DNA of 64,000 nt from a virus, in IMG/VR virus record IMGVR_UViG_3300042549_007727; one strand, 5' to 3'. This document shows, piece after piece, positions 24,802-32,991 of this stretch (the first letter of the stretch is position 1; each line of letters begins with the position of its first letter). Both the position numbers and the translations under genes were made by a program. The notes under the pieces were generated by a model. That model ran no database searches. It was not told where the DNA came from and was given only the letters and a program-made list of their open reading frames with translations.

Positions 24802-25446
24802 TTAGTCTGCACTTCCTGTTTTACTGTTATTCTTCCAGTGGTGGGTTATTAACATTTTTCGGCCCTTTACTATTTTGCAAGACTGGTGAAGATATGGCAA
24901 GGTAGATGGGAACATGACAACGCTTCCGGCTTTAGGCTTAATTTTTATGTCAATTTGAGGATCAACAAAGTAAAGCTCTCCACCCTCATAGTCGTCATTT
25001 AAGTACACTACTATTGTGTATGTAATATCTGAGTTGTGCTCATTCCAGTCAACGTGGGGGCCCATATACTGACCTTCAAAATATTTATTGATTCCGTACT
25101 TTGTCTCTGGAAAACGTAAAGCATGGTCCGCAAATGACAGCATTTCTTCGCTAATGTTGTACAGTTCAGCGTACTTGCTTGCGCAAGATGACATACTAGA
25201 TATAAGAGTATTGAGGACGCGATCTGCAGTAGTTTTAGTTGCTAGATCGGACTCGATGTCTAGTAGTTTTTTCTGCATATACTTAATCTCGCCGTATGGA
25301 TCTGTCTCTGTTCCATACCCATACCAAGTATTCCACTCTGTAATTGCAACACTATTAGTAGACTCTATATCAGCTATTAATTTATCGATGTTATCTATTA
25401 CCCCGGGGAAATAGACAATTTTGTCATAAGGTATTTCGTAGTTCAC
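24802..25446 (-). CDS. 2OG-Fe(II) oxygenase
   Basis: HVD, YLNDDYEGGEL, LHQS...GRK. Confidence 0.9.
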   Translation of the reverse strand: MNYEIPYDKIVYFPGVIDNIDKLIADIESTNSVAITEWNTWYGYGTETDPYGEIKYMQKKLLDIESDLATKTTADRVLNTLISSMSSCASKYAELYNISEEMLSFADHALRFPETKYGINKYFEGQYMGPHVDWNEHNSDITYTIVVYLNDDYEGGELYFVDPQIDIKIKPKAGSVVMFPSTLPYLHQSCKIVKGRKMLITHHWKNNSKTGSAD

Positions 25447-25448
25447 GG

Positions 25449-26225
25449 CTACTCCGACGTGAGCTGCTCTGCATCATCAGCAAGTTCCGCTGATCCAGCA
25501 TTATATTTCTTACGATCTTCTTCATTGTTTATGTCAAAATCATCAATAAAAACAAAACCAGGAAAAATGTACTTATCTCCCTTTTTCATTTCGTGTACTC
25601 GGTGCATAAATGGGTGGGTAGACGGGAATATTAAAGCTGATCCTGGTTTTGGTTTTAGCCAAAAATCAATTCTGTCTTTATTTCGTGGATCGTGCACATC
25701 TTCTAGTGGCTTCATCTCTGAGTACTTAGGGTCTCTTAGGTCATAGTCTCTAATTGCAAAAGAGATTTCCCCGCCCTCGTAGTCCTCGTTTAGATATAAA
25801 ACTATGGAGTACTTTAGAGTTCTATCTCCAGCCTGAGCATCAAAGTGAGCACCCATAGAGCAGCCTTCTATGTATTTCATAATTCCCACAAACGGAGACA
25901 TGTTTGGGGATCCTTCTAGATTTCTATCTCTGTAATATGCTTCAGCAACATCAGTCACTGCCTTTTTTATAGCAAATATTGCAGTTTTTACATCTTCTTT
26001 TCTGGGAGATGTTAAATTTTCAATTGCATCTGGATTAAAGTCTTTTTTGCCCCCAAATTCATGGTAGGACTTACTGTTGGATAGCCAAGGCCCCCATGGT
26101 GGTATAGCTGGGTAAACTGACTCGTCTGAGTCAAGCTCCTCTATTAGCGCAATTAGCTCTTCTGGATTAGCAATTACGTCTTGGTAGTAAAAAACTTCTT
26201 CGTGTAGTTTTTCAGCTAAAAACAT
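25449..26225 (-). CDS. 2OG-Fe(II) oxygenase
   Basis: HFD, YLNEDYEGGEI, MHRV...GDKY. Confidence 0.9.
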   Translation of the reverse strand: MFLAEKLHEEVFYYQDVIANPEELIALIEELDSDESVYPAIPPWGPWLSNSKSYHEFGGKKDFNPDAIENLTSPRKEDVKTAIFAIKKAVTDVAEAYYRDRNLEGSPNMSPFVGIMKYIEGCSMGAHFDAQAGDRTLKYSIVLYLNEDYEGGEISFAIRDYDLRDPKYSEMKPLEDVHDPRNKDRIDFWLKPKPGSALIFPSTHPFMHRVHEMKKGDKYIFPGFVFIDDFDINNEEDRKKYNAGSAELADDAEQLTSE

Positions 26226-26279
26226 GTCTTTCCTATCTACGGTTTAGTTGTCCTATGTACATTCTATATTAATTTGTAG

Positions 26280-26930
26280 CTATTCTTTGTTGGCGGCATC
26301 TACTATTTTTTGGGGTATATTGCCTAAAACATTAGTTACGTACTTTACCCCGCTGTTTATGGTCCTGGACTCATGTAAAAATGCAGCAGGAAATATAACT
26401 ATGCTTCCTGGGGTCGGTTTTATAGCGACCCCCTTGTCCGGGAAGCTTAGCTCTCCGCCTTCGTAGTCGTCATTAAAGTATATTGATGCTGTGTACTCCA
26501 CTGGGTCTAGTGATTCTGAGTCAGGGTGAGGCCCTAGGTGCTCGCTATCAAAATATTTTTTTATTGCTATATGATCGAGTCCGGAGTCTCGATATTTAGA
26601 TGCCCAGGTAGTAGCAGTTTTTTCTGGCAGCCCTATTGCTCGGTAGTAGTCAGCAAAAGAGTTGTCTAACGCTGTATATATGTTATAAATCACGTTAGAA
26701 ACTTGATCTTTAACTTTAGCGTCTGATTCAAGGTTATTTTTGCTTGGTGTTAGTTCTTTCATTAGACCGTATTGATGAACATTATTGGAACCACCTGAGA
26801 GCCAAGGCAGCCACTCACCGGCAGCAATACTATTTGTATTCTCTAGTAGTTCCACGACATCAGCAGGAGTTTTTAGTGCATATGGAAAATGTACTATTTT
26901 TTCTGCTATAAGTTCGTAGTTTGATGTCAT
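26280..26930 (-). CDS. 2OG-Fe(II) oxygenase
   Basis: HPD, YFNDDYEGGEL, LHES...GVKY. Confidence 0.9.
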   Translation of the reverse strand: MTSNYELIAEKIVHFPYALKTPADVVELLENTNSIAAGEWLPWLSGGSNNVHQYGLMKELTPSKNNLESDAKVKDQVSNVIYNIYTALDNSFADYYRAIGLPEKTATTWASKYRDSGLDHIAIKKYFDSEHLGPHPDSESLDPVEYTASIYFNDDYEGGELSFPDKGVAIKPTPGSIVIFPAAFLHESRTINSGVKYVTNVLGNIPQKIVDAANKE

Positions 26931-27608
26931 TTATGGCTGCTTATCTCCGGTGTGTTTTAGAATGGTCCAAAAAAATGGACTAACATATCTAATACCAGAT
27001 ATAACTTCGGTGACTCCATGAATATAGTTCATGTCTCCAGGGAAAAAGTATGCTGCACCTCGTTTAGGTTTAAACTGGATTCCTTGATTAGGGAAATACA
27101 GTTCTCCACCTTCATAGTCATCATTTATGTAGAATAGTCCAGCAATGTCATAGTACGGAAAGTCGTTTGGTTTTCCTCTATTTTCGCCTTCATGTAGTTC
27201 TTTGTCAGCGTGAGGATTTTGATACTGTCCCGGTAACCATCTAACTAAAGCTGGTGGAGTTGGTAGGGCATCTACTTTTAAGAATTTGTCCACTTCGAGC
27301 TTAAGTCTTTGCTGCATGCCCTCAATAACTTCTAGTACTCGAGGATCTGACTTATTTAAGCTATTTGTAGTTGCTACTCGATCCTCCCAGTAAGACGCGT
27401 CATATATGCATACGCCATCTTCGTTATAGTGTGACTCGGTGTAGTCCCAGATGGTATTATTTCTAGCAAAATTGTCTAAAAACTCCAGCTCTTCGTCGGT
27501 CATAAAATTTTCTAGAGTCACAATATTGTTAGCAGAATCTCCAAAAAACCCGGAGGGGGTTATAGAAACTCGCTCATTGAACTGTAAGTTATTGTTAGCT
27601 GCATCCAT
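26931..27608 (-). CDS. 2OG-Fe(II) oxygenase
   Basis: HAD, YINDDYEGGEL, IHGV...GIRY. Confidence 0.9.
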   Translation of the reverse strand: MDAANNNLQFNERVSITPSGFFGDSANNIVTLENFMTDEELEFLDNFARNNTIWDYTESHYNEDGVCIYDASYWEDRVATTNSLNKSDPRVLEVIEGMQQRLKLEVDKFLKVDALPTPPALVRWLPGQYQNPHADKELHEGENRGKPNDFPYYDIAGLFYINDDYEGGELYFPNQGIQFKPKRGAAYFFPGDMNYIHGVTEVISGIRYVSPFFWTILKHTGDKQP

Positions 27609-27624
27609 AGTTATATCCTACTCC

Positions 27625-28356
27625 CTACTCGTATGTACGACGAGTCCAGACTTCCTTTTGGTAGACTCCTCCGTTTGGTACTCGGTATTTGTTGCTATTT
27701 TCTTGATTCTTTTTGACCATTTCTTCATAGCTAATTTTTGTTTCTACTTCAGAAATCCAGTTTTCTCTTTTAAATGGAAGGATCTGCGCATACGGAGTTC
27801 CTGCTGGTATGACTCCCGAAAAACCTTTAGCTATAAAAAATGGCATTGTGCCTGGAAGATGTACCTTGTCGTTATCAATTACTCCGCTAGTTGTCAGAAA
27901 AGGTAGCTCAAATCTGTTAAATGGCTGGGCATAAAGTGCGCTGTATCCTTCTGGTAGTTCTACTGCCCAGTCAGACCACCAAGCAAAGTGTTCTTCATGA
28001 TATCCGGACGGTGCTACAAACTGAGACATCGGTGGTCGTTCCCCTACAAAGTCTTGCATTTGAGGATTTAGAACTTTTATTTTAGGTTTGCCGGCTACCT
28101 CTAAAATTTCTATGTCGCAGGGGGTTCTATACACATAACCGGTGCCCATGATGTCGAAAACTGCAGGGCATGCTTTCCAAGTAGGAATCTTGCCGCCGTC
28201 TCGGGGATCCACCCAGTGTTCATTTGTGTGGGGATTTACTGCAAAACGATCAGCTTTTCTGTACCACTCTGGAATTGTTTTTATTGTAGGTTTAGGGGCT
28301 GAGGGGCTGTCTTTAGTTAGCCAAGGTCTATTAACTACAAATTTAATTTTGTTCAA
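27625..28356 (-). CDS. DUF6065-like protein (dUTPase-like beta fold suspected)
   Basis: IPEWY, TWKACPAVFD.M.TGY, LPEGYS.L..QP.N, IPAGTP.AQI.PF.R. Confidence 0.6.
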   Translation of the reverse strand: MNKIKFVVNRPWLTKDSPSAPKPTIKTIPEWYRKADRFAVNPHTNEHWVDPRDGGKIPTWKACPAVFDIMGTGYVYRTPCDIEILEVAGKPKIKVLNPQMQDFVGERPPMSQFVAPSGYHEEHFAWWSDWAVELPEGYSALYAQPFNRFELPFLTTSGVIDNDKVHLPGTMPFFIAKGFSGVIPAGTPYAQILPFKRENWISEVETKISYEEMVKKNQENSNKYRVPNGGVYQKEVWTRRTYE

Positions 28357-29104
28357 GGTCCCCCTCCTGAGTAGCCTCTACTTCATAAGTGTTTTTAGTT
28401 ACTGGGCACGTGACAGTTTTTAACTTAATTTTTTTTGTTTCGTGGTGACCTACTACGTCTCCCCGATAGTCTAATCCGTCTCTATACATTTTTGACCAGT
28501 CGCCAACTCTATTTCTGAGCTCTAAAGCAGCGCCATACCTTTTTACTTCGTCCCAGTGGTCCTGGCCAACATATTCATCAGATATTTGTAACTCATAGTC
28601 GTTTTCTAATGATGTTAAAGATATTGGCATTACCGAAGCTACAGGAGTGCCAGCTGGGATGGTAATTTCTATGTTTGGTTCTGTGACTCTCCAGGCTATT
28701 GGAAGCCCGTGAATATAAAAAGACGTGCTTATTAAGGTTGTATAGCAGTGGGCACCGCGAATAAACAGATTAGGGGTAGGCATTGTTAGCATAGTGGTTT
28801 GATCGTCGGTTTTAAATATCAAACCAGATACAAAACTTATAGTTGCATTTCCCCTGTTAGTGTCTACGTATTTATGTCCCTTTAGTACAGTTATGTGGTC
28901 TGGTGTGGTGTCTGTAACTCCGTCCCAAATAAAAACTATGTCTTCGGGGAAAGATATCCCCCAGCCGAGTCTATTAGTTACACTTAGGGGAAAGCACATA
29001 TACGCGTGCTTTTCCGGTGTTTCATCCATCCAATCGCGTCTAGCTTCAAGCTGCTCTATGTTGGCGCAGTCTTGCTCGTACTTTTTTACATATATGCTTT
29101 TCAC
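28343..29104 (-). CDS. DUF6065-family protein
   Basis: RDWMD.T..KHAYMCFPL..TNRLGW, IPAGTPVA..MP. Confidence 0.7.
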   Translation of the reverse strand: MKSIYVKKYEQDCANIEQLEARRDWMDETPEKHAYMCFPLSVTNRLGWGISFPEDIVFIWDGVTDTTPDHITVLKGHKYVDTNRGNATISFVSGLIFKTDDQTTMLTMPTPNLFIRGAHCYTTLISTSFYIHGLPIAWRVTEPNIEITIPAGTPVASVMPISLTSLENDYELQISDEYVGQDHWDEVKRYGAALELRNRVGDWSKMYRDGLDYRGDVVGHHETKKIKLKTVTCPVTKNTYEVEATQEGDLEQN

Positions 29105-29862
29105 TAATTTCCTGTTTCTTCATAGAACTGAGGAGTGTGAAACTTTTCTGAATAGTCAAGCATGGTTACCATAGAGTACTTAGTCCCAGACTTCACTGGC
29201 ATTGCTCTGTGTGGGTACATAAAGTTTGACGGAAATACGTAGAGATCGCCCTTCTTAGGCTTAATTGTGATGTTCTGAAGTCTAAAATACAACTCTCCAC
29301 CTTCGTAGTCGTCATTGGGAAACCCGACTAGTGACACTACGCAGTTATATGAGTACCCGTGATCGTGGTGCTCTTGGAAGTGTTGTCCGGGGCCGTACTT
29401 AACGTAGTTAGTTGCTTCCCAGTAGCGAAGCTCGCCTATGTTAAATCTTCTTGTATAGTCTTTGACCGCTTGAAGCTCTTTATACGTTACGTCATCAGCA
29501 AGCTCTTGCAGCGCAAGTCCAGCTGGCGATGTGTCATGAGCAATGTCAGATTTTTTGTATTTAAAGTCTACGCAGTCGCGATACTCTGGCATCTTCATCG
29601 CATACCCAACCATTGCTTCTTGATATTCGTAGTGGTTGTCTGGATTAGTTATTACCGACTCTAGTCTGTTGATTATATCTAAATCGTCTGTTAGAACGTC
29701 TCTGTACACAACAATACCTGGCGCAACTTCTTCTGAGCTACTCCATGTTTGTTTTTCTACGGTGTACCAAGCAGAGAGCCTCTCTGCAACTAATTTCTGT
29801 TTTTCAGCTCCCTCGGTTTCTTGGGGCTTATCTGAAAAGTTTTGTGTGTTTTCCATAACCAT
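29104..29862 (-). CDS. 2OG-Fe(II) oxygenase
   Basis: HHD, NDDYEGGEL, PHRA...GTKY. Confidence 0.9.
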   Translation of the reverse strand: MVMENTQNFSDKPQETEGAEKQKLVAERLSAWYTVEKQTWSSSEEVAPGIVVYRDVLTDDLDIINRLESVITNPDNHYEYQEAMVGYAMKMPEYRDCVDFKYKKSDIAHDTSPAGLALQELADDVTYKELQAVKDYTRRFNIGELRYWEATNYVKYGPGQHFQEHHDHGYSYNCVVSLVGFPNDDYEGGELYFRLQNITIKPKKGDLYVFPSNFMYPHRAMPVKSGTKYSMVTMLDYSEKFHTPQFYEETGN

Positions 29863-29866
29863 ATCC

Positions 29867-30610
29867 TTAATACGTTAGTTTATATTCTTCAATTACTGGA
29901 GCAACTCTGTTGTTTACATTGTCTCTGTCGTTATAATCCGTCATAACTACTACTGAGTATTTGACACCAGATTTTATGTCCTGTGACGAGTGCTCATATA
30001 TGAAAGTTGATGGAAATACAAGTACATCTCCTGCTTTAGGTTTTATTGTTAAATTGTCCATTCGAGGAAACCAAATCTCTCCGCCTTCGTAGTCGTCATT
30101 TAGGTATACAACTACAGAAATTGTGCAAACATATGTTGGACCGTGATCTGCGTGTATTTTAAAGTGAGTTCCTGGCCCGTCGTACTTTACAAAATTAAAT
30201 GCTTCGTACCATCTCATTCCTACGCCCCAGGAATCAGAATAATCATCTACGCATTGGCGCACTGCTTGGAATACTTTTTCATGAAGATCGTAAAGCTCCG
30301 AATTTTCTGAGTCGCGGGGGCCTAGCGATGTAGAGTTAACTTTAAAATCTTGTGCATTTCTAGCGCTTAGAAGCACATCGGCTGACGTTGTCACTCTTGC
30401 TCCACCCCAAGTATATTTACCTGTGCCGCTCAAGTTAGACTCTAAAGTTTTTATGTATTCTCTACCCTGCTCTTCTGTGATGGCCCCGCGGTACAGGTTC
30501 ACTCCTAGTGCTGGATTAGACACAGTAATATTTGGGTTTCTGGGAGCAGGGCGGTCTGGCATCCGATTATTTGAAGTTTCAGATCTATCTTTTGTGAACC
30601 AGTCGTTCAT
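29867..30610 (-). CDS. 2OG-Fe(II) oxygenase
   Basis: HAD, YLNDDYEGGEI, EHSS...GVKY. Confidence 0.9.
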   Translation of the reverse strand: MNDWFTKDRSETSNNRMPDRPAPRNPNITVSNPALGVNLYRGAITEEQGREYIKTLESNLSGTGKYTWGGARVTTSADVLLSARNAQDFKVNSTSLGPRDSENSELYDLHEKVFQAVRQCVDDYSDSWGVGMRWYEAFNFVKYDGPGTHFKIHADHGPTYVCTISVVVYLNDDYEGGEIWFPRMDNLTIKPKAGDVLVFPSTFIYEHSSQDIKSGVKYSVVVMTDYNDRDNVNNRVAPVIEEYKLTY

Positions 30611-30730
30611 GTCTAGCCTCGCTTCTGTTCTTTAAACTAGTTTATATTTAAAGGTTGTAGCGATAGTCTATCAATAAAAAGGGAAAATGCCTAATTAAAC
30701 TTGGTGTTTTACAAGTTTTTTGTAAGCTTT

Positions 30731-30768
30731 AGGCAGGCCAAGCCAGGGGTAGTGACTTAGCCTGTCCT
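30731..30768 (-). terminator. Strong hairpin without U-tract directly after the Hint gene stop (I-shaped terminator or mRNA stabiliser)
   Basis: Minus-strand AGG(A)CAGGCTAAGTCA pairs with TGGCTTGGCCTGCCT. Confidence 0.5.
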
Positions 30769-32104
30769 ATGCTATTACTATAAAGGATCTTGTGATGAAC
30801 CAAGGCTGAGGAGAAGTCTTTACTTCGTAAACTGTAGACTCAGCTTCGTCTTTTTCTATAGAGACAACTACTGTTTCTGACACTACTCCGTCTGCTGCTA
30901 CTCCTAGTAGAACGTCTCCTATTTCGACGTCTTCAGCGTTTTTGTAGCTTATTCCTTCAGATTCTTTTACAAGAATTGGCTGAGTTACAGAGTAGTCCTT
31001 ACCTAGATCATTAAATCCGATTAGCACGGCGGATCTAGCTTCTACTGAGACTATCTCTGCTTCGATGAGAGCTACCTCTTCACTTAAGAAGCTGGACTGC
31101 TTAGTCTCTAATAGCGCTGACAGATCTATGTGTCGACTGTCAACCGTCAACACTTTGTCTCCAACTTTTACATTCTCTGCTTTTTCCCAGCCGTTTGGGG
31201 TCAGGATGTCTGTTGTTGGTGCCAAACAGAATCTTACCTTGAAGCTTGGGAAGAACGGGAACATCGGTGGGAAGAACGGTGGGAAGAACGGGAACATCGG
31301 TGGGAAGAAAGGTGGGAAGAAAGGTGGGAAGAACGGGAACATCGGTGGGAAGAAAGGTGGGAAGAACGGTGGGAAGAACGGGAACATCGGTGGGAAGAAC
31401 GGTGGGAAGAAAGGAGGGAAGAAAGGAGGGAAGAATGGTGGGAAGAATGGTGGGAAGAATGGAGGGAAGAATGGAGGGAAGAATGGCGCAGTAGTAATCG
31501 ACGCAGAGTAGCTAGACCACTCCGAGGCACCATTTGCATTTTTAGCTCTAACTCTATACTGCTGAGCGGTGTTTGCTTCCTGAGTCACTGTTGCTGAAGT
31601 GCCAGTTACGTTTGAGGAGTTTGACTTACTATCGGTACTTTCCCAGTCATATCCAGTTATGACAGAGCCGCCAGTACTAGGGGCTGACCATGAAACAATG
31701 TCTTCGCCATTACTTGTTGTTACCGTTGGAGTGTTTGGAGCCTGGGGCACTGTTGTTATAGTTACGCTTGAAGACGCGGAAGACTCAAGAGATGTTCCAG
31801 CTGAGTTTGTGGCTGTTAATACGAAGGTGTATCCGGTATTAGAGTCCAACCCGCCGACCACGATAGGGGAAGCAGATCCAGTAAGATTGGTTGCTGTTGT
31901 GTCAACAGTAGTGCCATTTTTGTAAGCAACTATGGTATATCCGGTAGCTTCTGGAGAGCCTTCTGGTAGAGCAAAAGCTACTGATGCAGCACCATTATCA
32001 AAAGCTCTAGCAGTCCCTACGTTGGTTGCAACAACATTAATTGGGGCTTTTGGCTCCAAAGAGTCGTTCTGCTGTTGGGAACGCTTACCAGGTGATTTGC
32101 TCAT
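30767..32104 (-). CDS. FN3-FN3-(PFFP)n repeat-Hint domain protein
   Basis: Two FN3 domains (GLDSNTGYTFVLTATNSAG; WSAPSTGGSVITGY...YRVRAKNANG), 80-aa Pro/Phe repeat, Hint domain starting CLAPTTDILTPNG. Confidence 0.85.
   Translation of the reverse strand: MSKSPGKRSQQQNDSLEPKAPINVVATNVGTARAFDNGAASVAFALPEGSPEATGYTIVAYKNGTTVDTTATNLTGSASPIVVGGLDSNTGYTFVLTATNSAGTSLESSASSSVTITTVPQAPNTPTVTTSNGEDIVSWSAPSTGGSVITGYDWESTDSKSNSSNVTGTSATVTQEANTAQQYRVRAKNANGASEWSSYSASITTAPFFPPFFPPFFPPFFPPFFPPFFPPFFPPFFPPMFPFFPPFFPPFFPPMFPFFPPFFPPFFPPMFPFFPPFFPPMFPFFPSFKVRFCLAPTTDILTPNGWEKAENVKVGDKVLTVDSRHIDLSALLETKQSSFLSEEVALIEAEIVSVEARSAVLIGFNDLGKDYSVTQPILVKESEGISYKNAEDVEIGDVLLGVAADGVVSETVVVSIEKDEAESTVYEVKTSPQPWFITRSFIVIA
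30770..31228 (-). other. Hint (Hedgehog/intein) domain, residues 293-445
   Basis: Block A C-L-x-x-x-T-x-I, AENVKVGDKV, second half AEDVEIGDVL, block F VYEV...WFI; no terminal His-Asn. Confidence 0.75.
31247..31486 (-). repeat. Coding tandem repeat: 17 x PFFP (12 bp) with 4 interspersed PMF (9 bp)
   Basis: Pattern (PFFP)8-PMF-(PFFP)3-PMF-(PFFP)3-PMF-(PFFP)2-PMF-PFFP; variation among PFFP units is confined to Pro wobble positions. Confidence 0.95.
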
Positions 32105-32130
32105 AATATGTCATTCTACCTTAGATTTAA

Positions 32131-32991
32131 TTAAGCCTTTAGGTCTCCAAAGACCAGCCAAGTGTTTGCAGCTACCTTAGTTAGGGATACTGAAGAATTT
32201 AATGCTCTAAAGATCAATCCAGGTGTATACAGAAGGTCTACAGATGCTCCAGCTACTATAGACGCGCCTCCGGCTCCTACGCTCTGGTAGAAGTTCAGGG
32301 TAGTCCCAATTGGGAAAGTGATTGAGTTGGTAGTATCTGCGTCTACTGTAACGCTATAAGCTCCGCCAATTGCAGTCAGTGCGTCTCTGTATGTTAGAGG
32401 CTGAGGCAGGGTTGACGTAGTTGCGTTAGCTGTAATAGCTGCCTTAATCGGGGTAAGAGAAGGTACGCCCTGCAACGTCTGAGTTCCGTCTGAGAAAGCG
32501 ATGCCGCTAGCACCAACGGTTACTGTTCCAGTAAATGTTGGAGATGCTTTAGGTGCAAGAGTTGTGTCAGTTGGGTGTACGTGATCTGCTCTAGCATACT
32601 TTAGAGATGTACCTGCAGCCGCCGTCCCGTTAGCCACTGGAGTGGCCGAAGCAGCTTGACCCACAACAAACGCAGTAGTTGCGAGCTGCGTGTCATTCTG
32701 GTCAGCGGTAGCTGTTGGAGCTGTTGGTTCTCCTGTAAAAACTGGGCTGACAAGTGGTGCCTTAGCGTCTAGCTGAGTTTGAATTGAAGAAGTTACGCCA
32801 TCTAGGTATCCGACCTCTGTAGACGTTACTGGTGATGCTACTAAGTACCCATCTTCATCCGAAATAATGTCGCGATCGACAGTGTACTTAGCGCGGTCCG
32901 GGGTCCAAACTTCTCCCGACCAAAGCCAAGTTCTGCCATTGTAGGTATATGCGTCACCAACTTCTGGTTCTGCAGGAAAGTTAATTGCCAT
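32131..32991 (-). CDS. Fibre/adaptor virion protein
   Basis: MAINFP start at 32991 overlaps the upstream stop; [31 protein letters not shown]-terminal FPIGT...TWLVFGDL domain. Confidence 0.75.
   Translation of the reverse strand: MAINFPAEPEVGDAYTYNGRTWLWSGEVWTPDRAKYTVDRDIISDEDGYLVASPVTSTEVGYLDGVTSSIQTQLDAKAPLVSPVFTGEPTAPTATADQNDTQLATTAFVVGQAASATPVANGTAAAGTSLKYARADHVHPTDTTLAPKASPTFTGTVTVGASGIAFSDGTQTLQGVPSLTPIKAAITANATTSTLPQPLTYRDALTAIGGAYSVTVDADTTNSITFPIGTTLNFYQSVGAGGASIVAGASVDLLYTPGLIFRALNSSVSLTKVAANTWLVFGDLKA

Noticed and set aside
22793-30610. TET/JBP or AlkB-type DNA-modifying oxygenases
   Set aside because: The motif pattern (Y.NDDYEGGE..F, KP..G....FP) matches the P4Hc/2OG-FeII_Oxy_3 type rather than TET/JBP or AlkB, as judged by eye
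31247-31486. Possible CRISPR array or non-coding satellite
   Set aside because: Units of 12 and 9 bp with no unique spacers, in frame within a CDS; no cas operon
31065-31597. Overlapping ORFs with GGKNG, WEER, GRTV and HSS/HRSS repeats
   Set aside because: These are alternative frames of the PFFP repeat. Only the PFFP frame keeps unit variation silent and joins recognisable domains.
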